Shown: one piece after another, positions 1 through 9,043 of the stretch | Layout of the letters: each line of letters opens with the position of its first letter | Numbering within the stretch: position 1 is the first letter of the stretch | Source: Bacillus vallismortis | GTDB lineage: Bacteria; Bacillota; Bacilli; Bacillales; Bacillaceae | Length of the DNA stretch: 24,000 bases | Assembly: GCF_040784915.1 (NCBI RefSeq) | Contig: NZ_CP160797.1 | Coordinates: 1,764,137-1,788,136, forward strand | Reading direction: 5' to 3' | Notes under the pieces: generated by a model | Told to the model about the DNA's origin: nothing | Seen by the model: the letters and a program-made list of their open reading frames with translations, nothing else | The model's database searches: none | Translations under genes and position numbers: made by a program

Positions 1-587
1 CTGTTGTGATTGAAGGCGGGCAGACCATGAACCCGAGCACTGAGGATATTGTCGATGCCGTGAAATCTGTAAATGCGGAAACAGTGTTTATCTTACCGAA
101 TAACTCCAACATCATCATGGCGGCTAATCAAGCGGCTAGTGTAATGGGTGAACAGGTTTTTGTCATTCCTGCCAAAACGGTTCCGCAAGGGATGTCGGCC
201 CTGCTGGCATTTAATCCGGATCAAGAAGCTGAAGCGAACGAAGCCAATATGCTCAGCGCCATTCAGCAAGTAAAAAGCGGGCAGGTGACGTACTCAGTCA
301 GAGATACCCATATTGACGGCAAAGACATTAAAAAAGGCGACTTTATGGGAATTCTGAATGGCACGATTATCGGCACTGCTGAAGATCAGCTGTCAGCCGC
401 GAAAATGCTGCTGTCAGAAATGATCGGAGAAGACGACGAAATTGTCACCATCCTATATGGTGAGGATGCGTCTCAGGAAGAAGCTGAGGAGCTTGAAGCG
501 TTCCTAAGTGAAAAGTACGAGGAGATTGAAGTTGAGATCCACAACGGAAAACAGCCGCTGTATTCGTATATAGTTTCTGCAGAATAG
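1..587 (+). CDS. yloV: C-terminal part of DAK2-domain protein YloV (FakA-type fatty acid kinase subunit); 5' end lies outside the window
   Basis: The frame is open from the window edge (VVIEGGQTMNPSTEDIVDAV...) to TAG at 585-587. I recognise the sequence as the YloV C-terminal domain. Its position directly upstream of sdaAB matches B. subtilis synteny. Confidence 0.85.
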   Translation, partial: VVIEGGQTMNPSTEDIVDAVKSVNAETVFILPNNSNIIMAANQAASVMGEQVFVIPAKTVPQGMSALLAFNPDQEAEANEANMLSAIQQVKSGQVTYSVRDTHIDGKDIKKGDFMGILNGTIIGTAEDQLSAAKMLLSEMIGEDDEIVTILYGEDASQEEAEELEAFLSEKYEEIEVEIHNGKQPLYSYIVSAE

Positions 588-612
588 AAGGGCGATTCGC
601 CCTTCTATTCTT
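584..612 (+). terminator. Intrinsic terminator after yloV
   Basis: Perfect 11-bp inverted repeat ATAGAAGGGCG (584-594) / CGCCCTTCTAT (598-608) followed by a T-rich tail (TCTT). It overlaps the yloV stop codon. Confidence 0.7.
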
Positions 613-725
613 ATGTCTGCTTTTAAGTGCGGCAGCGCTGTGACGCGCCCGCTTGCCATTTTATATATGATCAATTAGTCTAGAAGCAAAGCGCTTATAA
701 GCTCTGGTTCATAAGGAGGAATAGC

Positions 726-1388
726 ATGAAATACAGAAGCGTTTTTGATATTATCGGACCCGTTATGATTGGTCCGTCCAGCTCGCATACGGCGGGAGCG
801 GCGAGAATCGGGAGAGTGGCCAGAAGTTTATTTGGCAGAGAGCCTGAGCGCATCATCGTATCCTTTTACGGCTCTTTTGCGGAAACGTATAAAGGCCACG
901 GCACAGATGTCGCGATTATCGGCGGATTGCTGGATTTTGACACATTCGACGAACGAATTAAAACCGCTATACAAATTGCAGAAGATAAAGGAATTGATAT
1001 AGAGTTTCGGGTTGAAGACGCTGTCCCCGTCCATCCGAATACAGCCAAAATCACCATATCTGATGAAAAGGGAGAGCTTGAGCTGACGGGTATTTCGATT
1101 GGCGGAGGAAAGATTGAAATCACAGAATTAAACGGTTTTGAACTACGGCTGTCAGGAAATCACCCGGCCATATTAGTTGTTCATAATGACAAGTTTGGCA
1201 CGATTGCCGGTGTTGCCAATGTCCTGGCGAAATTTTCAATCAACGTAGGCCATATGGAAGTAGCCCGAAAGGATATCGGCCAGCTTGCGCTGATGACAAT
1301 AGAGGTTGATCAAAATATCGATGAGCATGTTCTCGACGAACTGTCGAAGCTGCCGAATATTATTCAAGTGACAAAGATTGCTGACTAG
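726..1388 (+). CDS. sdaAB: L-serine dehydratase (iron-sulfur type), beta subunit
   Basis: 220-aa ORF with RBS AAGGAGGA at 713-720. N-terminal IGPSSSHTAGA motif is typical of the family, and the C-terminal part is ACT-like. Followed by the alpha subunit gene. Confidence 0.95.
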   Translation: MKYRSVFDIIGPVMIGPSSSHTAGAARIGRVARSLFGREPERIIVSFYGSFAETYKGHGTDVAIIGGLLDFDTFDERIKTAIQIAEDKGIDIEFRVEDAVPVHPNTAKITISDEKGELELTGISIGGGKIEITELNGFELRLSGNHPAILVVHNDKFGTIAGVANVLAKFSINVGHMEVARKDIGQLALMTIEVDQNIDEHVLDELSKLPNIIQVTKIAD

Positions 1389-1411
1389 CGAAAGGTCAGG
1401 AGGAGCCAGTT

Positions 1412-2314
1412 ATGTTTCGTAATGTAAAGGAATTATTAGAGATTACAAAAGAAAAGCAAATATCCATCTCTGATGTGATGATCGCTCAAGAGATGGAAGT
1501 AACAGAAAAAACAAAAGAAGAGATTTTTCAGCAGATGGATCACAACCTGTCTGTTATGGAAGCAGCGGTTCAGAAAGGACTCGAGGGAGTTACGAGCCAA
1601 ACAGGCTTAACAGGCGGGGATGCCGTTAAATTGCAGGCCTACATTCGGTCAGGCAAAAGCCTGTCTGGCCCGCTGATTTTAGATGCTGTATCGAAAGCTG
1701 TTGCAACAAATGAAGTAAATGCAGCCATGGGTACCATCTGTGCGACACCGACTGCTGGTTCTGCTGGTGTGGTGCCAGGCACATTATTTGCTGTAAAAGA
1801 AAAGCTGAACCCAACAAGAGAACAAATGATCCGCTTTTTGTTTACGTCCGGCGCTTTCGGATTTGTCGTGGCCAATAACGCAAGTATTTCCGGCGCCGCA
1901 GGAGGGTGTCAGGCAGAAGTTGGATCAGCCTCAGGCATGGCGGCTGCGGCTATTGTTGAAATGGCAGGAGGAACACCCGAACAAAGCGCGGAGGCCATGG
2001 CCATTACATTAAAAAATATGCTCGGGCTCGTGTGCGATCCTGTAGCGGGGCTTGTTGAAGTGCCGTGTGTGAAACGGAATGCGATGGGCGCGTCAAATGC
2101 GATGATTGCTGCTGATATGGCATTGGCGGGCATTACAAGCCGCATTCCATGTGATGAGGTTATTGATGCCATGTATAAAATTGGCCAAACGATGCCCACT
2201 GCGCTTAGAGAAACAGGTCAGGGCGGTTTAGCAGCAACACCGACTGGCAGAGAATTAGAGAAAAAAATTTTCGGAGGAGCGCTAGGTTCACGTGAAACAA
2301 CATCAGCAAACTAG
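1412..2314 (+). CDS. sdaAA: L-serine dehydratase (iron-sulfur type), alpha subunit
   Basis: 300-aa ORF with RBS AGGAGGAG at 1398-1405. The Gly/Ala/Cys-rich core (SGAAGGCQAEVGSASGMAAA, VPCVKRNAMGA) is typical of SdaAA. Confidence 0.95.
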   Translation: MFRNVKELLEITKEKQISISDVMIAQEMEVTEKTKEEIFQQMDHNLSVMEAAVQKGLEGVTSQTGLTGGDAVKLQAYIRSGKSLSGPLILDAVSKAVATNEVNAAMGTICATPTAGSAGVVPGTLFAVKEKLNPTREQMIRFLFTSGAFGFVVANNASISGAAGGCQAEVGSASGMAAAAIVEMAGGTPEQSAEAMAITLKNMLGLVCDPVAGLVEVPCVKRNAMGASNAMIAADMALAGITSRIPCDEVIDAMYKIGQTMPTALRETGQGGLAATPTGRELEKKIFGGALGSRETTSAN

Positions 2315-4340
2315 TATAGCTAACATTAAGGGCATTGGGCCGGAAACAGAAAAAACATTACATGAACTCGGTATTTATGACACTTCTGATCTTCTGAATT
2401 ATTTCCCTTATCGCTATGATGACTACGAGCTGAGGGATTTAGAAGAAGTGAAGCATGACGAGAGAGTCACAGTCGAAGGGAAGGTTCATTCAGAGCCTTC
2501 TCTTACCTATTACGGAAAAAAACGAAACAGGCTGACATTCAGGCTTCTTGTCGGCCGCTATTTAATCACTGCCGTATGTTTTAACCGGCCTTATTTGAAG
2601 AAAAAGCTTTCGCTGGGCTCTGTCGTGACGATTTCCGGTAAATGGGACAAGCACCGCCAAACCATCTCTGTTCAGGAGTTGAAAAACGGGCCGCACCAAG
2701 AGGATAAAAGCATTGAACCAGTGTATTCTGTGAAAGAAAATGTTACCGTCAAAATGATGAGACGCTTTATTCAGCAGGCGCTGACCCAGTATGCAGACTC
2801 GCTTCCGGATCCTCTTCCGGAAAAGCTAAAAACACGCTATAAGCTGCCGGACTATCAGCAGGCGTTAAAAATGATGCATCAGCCTGAAACAAGAGAAGCG
2901 TTAACGCTTGCAAGACGCCGGTTTGTTTATGAGGAATTTTTGTTGTTTCAGTTGAAAATGCAGGCGTTCCGAAAGGCGGAAAGAGAGCAGACTCAAGGGA
3001 TACGGCAGCGTTTTTCAAACGAAGAACTCATGAGATTTATCAATAGCCTTCCGTTTCCTCTCACTAACGCCCAGTCGCGCGTGCTTCGCGAAATAACAGC
3101 AGACATGTCTTCTCCATACAGAATGAACCGTCTTCTTCAAGGAGACGTCGGATCAGGAAAAACGGCAGTCGCGGCCATTGGGTTGTATGCTGCGATCCTG
3201 TCCGGATACCAGGGGGCGCTCATGGTGCCGACAGAAATTCTGGCCGAGCAGCATGCTGATTCGCTCGTTTCACTATTTGAAAAGTGGAATGTCAGCGTCG
3301 CCCTTTTGACAAGCTCTGTCAAAGGGAAGCGGCGAAGAGAACTGCTTGAGCGTCTTGCCGCGGGAGAGATTGATATTCTTGTAGGAACCCACGCTTTAAT
3401 TCAGGATGAGGTGGAGTTTAAGGCGTTGAGTCTCGTCATTACAGATGAACAGCACCGATTTGGAGTTGAGCAACGTAAAAAACTTCGGAACAAAGGGCAG
3501 GATCCCGATGTTCTTTTTATGACAGCCACTCCAATCCCAAGAACGTTAGCCATCACAGTGTTCGGTGAAATGGATGTATCTGTCATTGATGAAATGCCGG
3601 CGGGACGAAAACAGATCGAAACCTATTGGGTAAAACATGACATGCTGGATCGTATTTTGGCATTCGTCGAAAAAGAATTAAAACAGGGCAGACAGGCTTA
3701 TATCATCTGCCCGCTGATTGAAGAATCAGACAAACTTGATGTGCAAAACGCTATTGATGTGTACAATATGCTTTCTGACATTTTCCAAGGGAAATGGAAT
3801 GTCGGCCTGATGCACGGAAAGCTGCATTCCGATGAAAAAGATCAGGTCATGAGAGAGTTTAGTGCGAATCACTGTCAAATCCTCGTATCAACCACTGTTG
3901 TTGAGGTTGGCGTGAATGTTCCAAATGCAACCATTATGGTGATTTATGACGCCGACCGTTTCGGACTGTCACAGCTTCACCAGCTGCGCGGCCGTGTCGG
4001 ACGGGGAGAGCATCAATCGTTTTGCATTCTGATGGCCGATCCTAAATCAGAAACAGGGAAAGAGCGGATGAGAATTATGTCCGAGACCAATGACGGCTTC
4101 GAGTTGTCTGAAAAGGACCTGGAACTGAGAGGCCCGGGAGATTTCTTCGGTAAAAAACAAAGCGGAATGCCTGAATTCAAGGTGGCGGACATGGTTCATG
4201 ATTACAGAGCGCTTGAAACGGCAAGGCAGGATGCTGCGAATCTTGTGGCTTCTGACGCGTTCTGGAACGAGCCGGAATACGGTGTGCTGAGAGAGCGATT
4301 ACTGACGAGCGGAGCAATGGACGGGGAAAAATTAAGCTAG
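2292..4340 (+). CDS. recG: ATP-dependent DNA helicase RecG (branch migration)
   Basis: 682-aa ORF with a GTG start at 2292, inside the 3' end of sdaAA. Superfamily-2 helicase motifs are present: GDVGSGKT (Walker A), ITDEQHRFG (DEQH box) and QLRGRVGRG (motif VI). The N-terminal region is consistent with a wedge domain. Confidence 0.95.
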   Translation: MKQHQQTSIANIKGIGPETEKTLHELGIYDTSDLLNYFPYRYDDYELRDLEEVKHDERVTVEGKVHSEPSLTYYGKKRNRLTFRLLVGRYLITAVCFNRPYLKKKLSLGSVVTISGKWDKHRQTISVQELKNGPHQEDKSIEPVYSVKENVTVKMMRRFIQQALTQYADSLPDPLPEKLKTRYKLPDYQQALKMMHQPETREALTLARRRFVYEEFLLFQLKMQAFRKAEREQTQGIRQRFSNEELMRFINSLPFPLTNAQSRVLREITADMSSPYRMNRLLQGDVGSGKTAVAAIGLYAAILSGYQGALMVPTEILAEQHADSLVSLFEKWNVSVALLTSSVKGKRRRELLERLAAGEIDILVGTHALIQDEVEFKALSLVITDEQHRFGVEQRKKLRNKGQDPDVLFMTATPIPRTLAITVFGEMDVSVIDEMPAGRKQIETYWVKHDMLDRILAFVEKELKQGRQAYIICPLIEESDKLDVQNAIDVYNMLSDIFQGKWNVGLMHGKLHSDEKDQVMREFSANHCQILVSTTVVEVGVNVPNATIMVIYDADRFGLSQLHQLRGRVGRGEHQSFCILMADPKSETGKERMRIMSETNDGFELSEKDLELRGPGDFFGKKQSGMPEFKVADMVHDYRALETARQDAANLVASDAFWNEPEYGVLRERLLTSGAMDGEKLS

Positions 4341-4377
4341 TTACCAGAAGTTTTCGGTGTTCAGCAAGAAACAATCG

Positions 4378-4406
4378 TTGCATTCCAATCTATGAAATTA
4401 TATACT
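4378..4406 (+). promoter_or_regulatory. Sigma-A-type promoter of the fapR operon
   Basis: TTGCAT (4378-4383), exact 17-nt spacer, TATACT (4401-4406). About 43 nt upstream of the fapR ATG. Confidence 0.65.
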
Positions 4407-4410
4407 ACTA

Positions 4411-4427
4411 TTAGTACCTAGTCTTAA
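4411..4427 (+). promoter_or_regulatory. FapR operator (autoregulatory site)
   Basis: TTAGTACCTAGTCTTAA is an imperfect 17-bp inverted repeat (TTAGTAC / GTCTTAA half sites) lying directly downstream of the -10 box. This matches the known FapR box type and its location at PfapR. Confidence 0.7.
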
Positions 4428-4448
4428 TTGTCCGGATGGTGTTTAGAC

Positions 4449-5015
4449 ATGAGAAGAAATAAGAGAGAACGCCAGGAATTACTTCAGCAGACGATACAAG
4501 CAACCCCCTTTATTACAGATGAAGAATTAGCGGGTAAATTCGGGGTGAGCATCCAGACAATTCGTTTGGACCGCTTAGAGCTATCGATACCGGAGCTGAG
4601 AGAAAGAATTAAGAACGTTGCAGAGAAAACGCTTGAAGATGAAGTGAAATCCCTGTCACTGGACGAAGTTATCGGAGAAATTATTGACCTTGAGCTGGAT
4701 GATCAGGCGATATCCATTTTAGAAATCAAACAGGAGCATGTGTTCAGCCGGAATCAAATTGCGAGAGGACACCATTTGTTTGCACAGGCGAATTCTTTGG
4801 CTGTGGCCGTTATTGATGACGAGCTGGCACTGACTGCAAGCGCAGACATCCGCTTTACAAGACAGGTAAAGCAGGGAGAACGTGTTGTAGCGAAAGCGAA
4901 AGTGACGGCGGTCGAAAAAGAAAAAGGAAGAACAGTTGTCGAAGTGAACAGCTATGTTGGCGAAGAAATTGTTTTTTCTGGACATTTTGACATGTACCGT
5001 TCAAAACAATTATAA
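4449..5015 (+). CDS. fapR: FapR, malonyl-CoA-responsive repressor of fatty acid and phospholipid synthesis
   Basis: 188 aa starting [16 protein letters not shown], with an N-terminal HTH ([20 protein letters not shown]) and a C-terminal hot-dog/thioesterase-like fold. The track start at 4428 is a non-ATG extension that overlaps the operator, so I chose ATG 4449. Confidence 0.93.
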   Translation: MRRNKRERQELLQQTIQATPFITDEELAGKFGVSIQTIRLDRLELSIPELRERIKNVAEKTLEDEVKSLSLDEVIGEIIDLELDDQAISILEIKQEHVFSRNQIARGHHLFAQANSLAVAVIDDELALTASADIRFTRQVKQGERVVAKAKVTAVEKEKGRTVVEVNSYVGEEIVFSGHFDMYRSKQL

Positions 5016-5028
5016 AGGTGGAGCATGC

Positions 5029-6030
5029 ATGAGAATAGCTGTAGATGCAATGGGAGGAGACCACGCTCCCAAAGCTGTTATTGACGGAGTTTTAAAGGGT
5101 ATAGAGGCATTTGATGATCTCCATATCACACTTGTCGGTGACAAAACAACGATAGAATCACATTTAACAACAACACCAGATCGCATCACGGTGCTGCACG
5201 CAGATGAAGTGATTGAGCCTACGGATGAACCGGTCCGCGCTGTGCGAAGAAAAAAGAACTCATCTATGGTCCTTATGGCGCAGGAAGTTGCGGAAAACAG
5301 AGCTGACGCCTGCATATCAGCAGGAAATACCGGCGCGTTAATGACAGCCGGTCTGTTTATTGTCGGCAGAATTAAAGGGATTGACCGTCCGGCGCTTGCC
5401 CCGACGCTTCCGACCATTTCAGGAGATGGATTTCTTCTCCTTGATGTCGGCGCCAATGTCGATGCCAAGCCGGAGCACCTCGCCCAATATGCCATCATGG
5501 GTTCTGTTTATTCTCAGCAAGTACGCGGTGTCACTTCACCGAGAGTCGGGCTTTTAAATGTCGGAACAGAAGATAAAAAAGGAAACGAACTGACGAAGCA
5601 GACGTTTCAATTATTAAAAGAAACAGCTAATATACATTTTATCGGAAACGTGGAAGCGCGAGACCTTTTAGATGATGTGGCGGATGTTGTAGTAACAGAC
5701 GGCTTTACCGGGAATGTTACACTCAAAACGCTGGAAGGTTCTGCGTTGTCTATTTTTAAAATGATGAAGGAAGTCATGACGTCTAATTTAACATCAAAGC
5801 TCGCGGCAGCTGTGCTGAAGCCGAAGATGAAAGACATGAAAATGAAAATGGAGTATTCGAATTATGGCGGAGCAAGTCTATTTGGCTTAAAAGCCCCTGT
5901 GATCAAGGCGCACGGCTCTTCAGATTCTAATGCTGTATTTCACGCGATTCGTCAAGCAAGAGAGATGGTCAGCCAAAATGTGGCTGCGCTCATTCAGGAA
6001 GAAGTAAAAGAAGAAAAAACAGATGAGTAG
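5029..6030 (+). CDS. plsX: Phosphate acyltransferase PlsX
   Basis: 333 aa starting [14 protein letters not shown], the canonical PlsX N-terminus. RBS AAAGGTGGAG at 5015-5024. The track start at 4954 would overlap fapR by 62 nt with no RBS. Confidence 0.95.
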   Translation: MRIAVDAMGGDHAPKAVIDGVLKGIEAFDDLHITLVGDKTTIESHLTTTPDRITVLHADEVIEPTDEPVRAVRRKKNSSMVLMAQEVAENRADACISAGNTGALMTAGLFIVGRIKGIDRPALAPTLPTISGDGFLLLDVGANVDAKPEHLAQYAIMGSVYSQQVRGVTSPRVGLLNVGTEDKKGNELTKQTFQLLKETANIHFIGNVEARDLLDDVADVVVTDGFTGNVTLKTLEGSALSIFKMMKEVMTSNLTSKLAAAVLKPKMKDMKMKMEYSNYGGASLFGLKAPVIKAHGSSDSNAVFHAIRQAREMVSQNVAALIQEEVKEEKTDE

Positions 6031-6048
6031 TCTGGAGGTTTTTACATC

Positions 6049-7002
6049 ATGAGTAAGATTGCATTTTTATTCCCGGGTCAGGGATCACAATTTATCGGCA
6101 TGGGGAAAGAGCTTTATGAGCAGGTCCCTGCTGCAAAGCGTCTCTTTGATGAAGCGGATGAAACATTGGAAACAAAACTCAGTTCGCTGATTTTTGAAGG
6201 TGATACTGAAGAATTAACACTTACATATAATGCACAGCCTGCTTTGCTGACGACAAGCATTGCTGTTCTTGAAAAATTTAAAGAATCAGGCATTACACCT
6301 GATTTTACAGCAGGACACAGCCTTGGTGAATATTCCGCACTGGTTGCGTCTGGCGCACTGTCTTTCAAAGATGCTGTTTATACCGTCAGAAAACGCGGAG
6401 AGTTTATGAATGAAGCAGTGCCGGCTGGCGAAGGAGCCATGGCTGCGATTCTCGGCATGGATGCTGAAACATTAAAGCAAGTAACCGATAAAGTGACGGA
6501 GGAAGGTCGCCTTGTCCAGCTTGCGAATCTCAACTGCCCCGGACAAATCGTCATTTCCGGAACAGCTAAAGGGGTAGAGCTTGCATCTGAACGGGCAAAA
6601 GAGAACGGTGCAAAACGTGCGATTCCGCTTGAAGTAAGCGGCCCGTTCCATTCTGAACTAATGAAGCCAGCAGCTGAAAAGCTGAAAGAAGTATTGGACT
6701 CCTGTGACATAAATGACGCTGACGTTCCGGTCATCTCAAACGTTTCTGCTAATGTCATGACTGATAAAGCAGAAATCAAAGAGAAGCTCATTGAGCAGCT
6801 CTACTCTCCGGTTCGTTTTGAGGAAAGCATTAACAAGCTGATTGCAGAGGGTGTTACGACTTTTATTGAAATCGGCCCCGGAAAAGTGCTTTCAGGCCTT
6901 GTGAAAAAAGTAAACAGACGCTTAAAAACAATTGCTGTATCAGATCCGGAAACGATCGAGCTGGCAATTCAAACGCTTAAGGAGGAGAATGAAAATGCTT
7001 AA
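6049..7002 (+). CDS. fabD: Malonyl-CoA:ACP transacylase
   Basis: 317 aa. FPGQGSQ N-terminal motif and GHSLGEYSA active-site serine motif. RBS TGGAGGT at 6033-6039. Confidence 0.96.
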   Translation: MSKIAFLFPGQGSQFIGMGKELYEQVPAAKRLFDEADETLETKLSSLIFEGDTEELTLTYNAQPALLTTSIAVLEKFKESGITPDFTAGHSLGEYSALVASGALSFKDAVYTVRKRGEFMNEAVPAGEGAMAAILGMDAETLKQVTDKVTEEGRLVQLANLNCPGQIVISGTAKGVELASERAKENGAKRAIPLEVSGPFHSELMKPAAEKLKEVLDSCDINDADVPVISNVSANVMTDKAEIKEKLIEQLYSPVRFEESINKLIAEGVTTFIEIGPGKVLSGLVKKVNRRLKTIAVSDPETIELAIQTLKEENENA

Positions 7003-7735
7003 TGACAAAACAGCTATTGTCACTGGCGCATCCCGCGGAATCGGCCGCTCAATCGCCCTTGACTTGGCAAAAAGCGGCGCAAACGTTGTCGTGAACTACT
7101 CCGGCAATGAAGCGAAAGCTAATGAAGTAGTCGATGAAATCAAATCATTGGGCAGAAAAGCAATTGCTGTCAAAGCGGATGTATCAAATCCCGAAGATGT
7201 ACAAAACATGATAAAAGAAACGCTGTCTGTTTTTTCTGCGATTGACATTTTAGTTAATAACGCCGGAATTACAAGAGACAATCTCATCATGAGAATGAAA
7301 GAAGATGAATGGGATGACGTCATTAACATTAACTTAAAGGGTGTTTTCAACTGCACGAAAGCTGTTACAAGACAAATGATGAAACAGCGTTCAGGCCGTA
7401 TTATTAACGTGTCGTCTATCGTAGGTGTCAGTGGAAATCCTGGACAAGCAAACTACGTGGCCGCAAAAGCCGGCGTGATCGGTTTAACAAAATCTTCTGC
7501 CAAAGAGCTCGCAAGCCGCAATATTACGGTAAATGCGATTGCGCCTGGATTTATCTCAACTGATATGACAGATAAGCTAACAAAAGATGTTCAAGACGAA
7601 ATGCTGAAACAAATTCCGCTCGCGCGATTTGGCGAACCTGGCGACGTCAGCAGCGTTGTCACGTTCCTTGCTTCTGAGGGAGCTCGTTATATGACAGGCC
7701 AAACGCTTCATATTGACGGCGGAATGGTGATGTAA
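6995..7735 (+). CDS. fabG: 3-oxoacyl-ACP reductase (SDR family)
   Basis: 246 aa starting [17 protein letters not shown] (Rossmann TGxxxGIG), with the catalytic YxxxK (NYVAAKAG). RBS AAGGAGGAG at 6979-6987. Overlaps the fabD stop by 8 nt. The track start at 6932 is rejected. Confidence 0.95.
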   Translation: MLNDKTAIVTGASRGIGRSIALDLAKSGANVVVNYSGNEAKANEVVDEIKSLGRKAIAVKADVSNPEDVQNMIKETLSVFSAIDILVNNAGITRDNLIMRMKEDEWDDVININLKGVFNCTKAVTRQMMKQRSGRIINVSSIVGVSGNPGQANYVAAKAGVIGLTKSSAKELASRNITVNAIAPGFISTDMTDKLTKDVQDEMLKQIPLARFGEPGDVSSVVTFLASEGARYMTGQTLHIDGGMVM

Positions 7736-7819
7736 GTTTTTTTCTCGAAAATTTCATCATAGTTTCTCTAGTTTTTTAAAAACGAATCCACTATAATACT
7801 TGAGGGGAGGTGAATTGCT

Positions 7820-8053
7820 ATGGCAGATACATTAGAGCGTGTAACGAAAATCATCGTAGATCGCCTTGGCGTTGATGAAGCAGACGTCAAACTTGAAGCT
7901 TCTTTCAAGGAAGACTTAGGTGCTGATTCCCTAGATGTAGTTGAGCTTGTTATGGAACTTGAAGACGAGTTTGATATGGAAATTTCTGACGAAGATGCTG
8001 AAAAGATTGCAACAGTCGGCGACGCTGTGAACTACATACAAAACCAGCAATAA
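7820..8053 (+). CDS. acpA: Acyl carrier protein
   Basis: 77 aa, acidic, with the phosphopantetheine attachment motif LGADSLD. RBS GGGAGGTG at 7805-7812. Confidence 0.97.
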   Translation: MADTLERVTKIIVDRLGVDEADVKLEASFKEDLGADSLDVVELVMELEDEFDMEISDEDAEKIATVGDAVNYIQNQQ

Positions 8054-8063
8054 GCTGATGCTA

Positions 8064-8100
8064 AAAGTCCCGCCGAAACGCGGGGCTTTAGCCCTTTATT
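8064..8100 (+). terminator. Probable weak or partial terminator after acpA
   Basis: Stem AAAGTCCCGC (8064-8073) / GCGGGGCTTT (8080-8089) with one G-U pair and loop CGAAAC. It is followed by AGCCCTTTATT, and the U-tract is interrupted. Confidence 0.45.
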
Positions 8101-8192
8101 CGTGCAGTTATTACAGCATGCCGCTTTTACGCGCGCTGTATCCGGTTTAGTCAGAGAAGCGCGGTGAACCTGATGTGCCTATGGAGGTTACT

Positions 8193-8942
8193 ATGTCAAA
8201 ACACTCACATTATAAAGATAAAAAAAAGTTCTATAAAAAAGTAGAACAATTTAAAGAGTTTCAAGAACGGATTTCGGTTCACTTTCAAAATGAAAAGCTT
8301 TTGTATCAAGCATTTACACATTCATCTTATGTGAATGAGCATCGGAAAAAGCCGTATGAAGATAATGAAAGGCTTGAATTTTTAGGTGACGCTGTTTTGG
8401 AACTGACCATCTCCAGATTCTTATTTGCCAAGTACCCGGCTATGAGTGAAGGAGATTTGACGAAATTGAGAGCCGCGATTGTATGCGAACCGTCTCTCGT
8501 TTCATTGGCTCACGAACTGTCATTCGGCGACCTTGTCCTATTGGGTAAAGGTGAGGAAATGACAGGCGGAAGAAAGCGTCCCGCTCTATTGGCGGATGTT
8601 TTTGAGGCATTTATCGGAGCCTTGTATCTTGATCAGGGATTAGAGCCGGTCGAAAGTTTCTTAAAAGTCTATGTGTTCCCTAAAATTAACGATGGTGCTT
8701 TTTCTCATGTGATGGATTTCAAAAGCCAGCTGCAGGAATACGTGCAGCGGGACGGCAAAGGCTCTCTGGAGTATAAAATCTCCAACGAAAAAGGGCCTGC
8801 GCACAACCGTGAATTTGAAGCCATCGTATCTCTAAAAGGTGAACCACTCGGAGTCGGAAACGGCCGTTCAAAGAAAGAAGCCGAACAGCACGCTGCTCAG
8901 GAAGCTTTAGCTAAATTGCAAAAACACCATACGAGACAATAA
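8193..8942 (+). CDS. rnc: Ribonuclease III
   Basis: 249 aa starting [12 protein letters not shown]. RNase III signature [13 protein letters not shown] and a C-terminal dsRBD (GPAHNREF...[16 protein letters not shown]). RBS ATGGAGGT at 8181-8188. ATG 8193 is preferred over the track start at 8175. Confidence 0.95.
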   Translation: MSKHSHYKDKKKFYKKVEQFKEFQERISVHFQNEKLLYQAFTHSSYVNEHRKKPYEDNERLEFLGDAVLELTISRFLFAKYPAMSEGDLTKLRAAIVCEPSLVSLAHELSFGDLVLLGKGEEMTGGRKRPALLADVFEAFIGALYLDQGLEPVESFLKVYVFPKINDGAFSHVMDFKSQLQEYVQRDGKGSLEYKISNEKGPAHNREFEAIVSLKGEPLGVGNGRSKKEAEQHAAQEALAKLQKHHTRQ

Positions 8943-8969
8943 AATCCCCCTTATCATTCAGGGGGATTT
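8942..8969 (+). other. Stem-loop at the rnc stop, with no U-tract
   Basis: Perfect 9-bp inverted repeat AAATCCCCC (8942-8950) / GGGGGATTT (8961-8969) with a 10-nt loop. It is followed by CAGTATG, which is not a canonical terminator tail. Confidence 0.4.
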
Positions 8970-9004
8970 CAGTATGTATGCCGTCTTATTTCATCCATGT
9001 TTTA

Positions 9005-9013
9005 TGATAGAAT
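9005..9013 (+). promoter_or_regulatory. Candidate extended -10 promoter element upstream of smc
   Basis: TGaTAGAAT (TG at 9005-9006, hexamer 9008-9013), 31 nt upstream of the smc ATG. There is no convincing -35 (CTTATT at 8985-8990). Confidence 0.3.
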
Positions 9014-9043
9014 TGAAATACTTATTACATAAGGAGGATCGCT

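Noticed and set aside
5010-5498. 162-aa minus-strand ORF antisense to plsX
   Set aside because: It has no RBS and an Ala/Ser/Arg/Pro-rich composition typical of the reverse frame of a GC-richer coding region. It is fully embedded in plsX.
7740-7754. CodY-box-like sequence TTTTCTCGAAAATTT after fabG
   Set aside because: Relative to AATTTTCWGAAAATT it needs a 1-nt insertion in the centre, which breaks the dyad spacing. There is also no functional rationale at this location.
7792-7797. Perfect TATAAT hexamer upstream of acpA
   Set aside because: There is no acceptable -35 (TAGTTT at 7769-7774). The implied start site (about 7804) would fall at the very edge of the acpA Shine-Dalgarno (GGGAGGTG 7805-7812). 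It is more likely chance AT-rich sequence in an intra-operon spacer.
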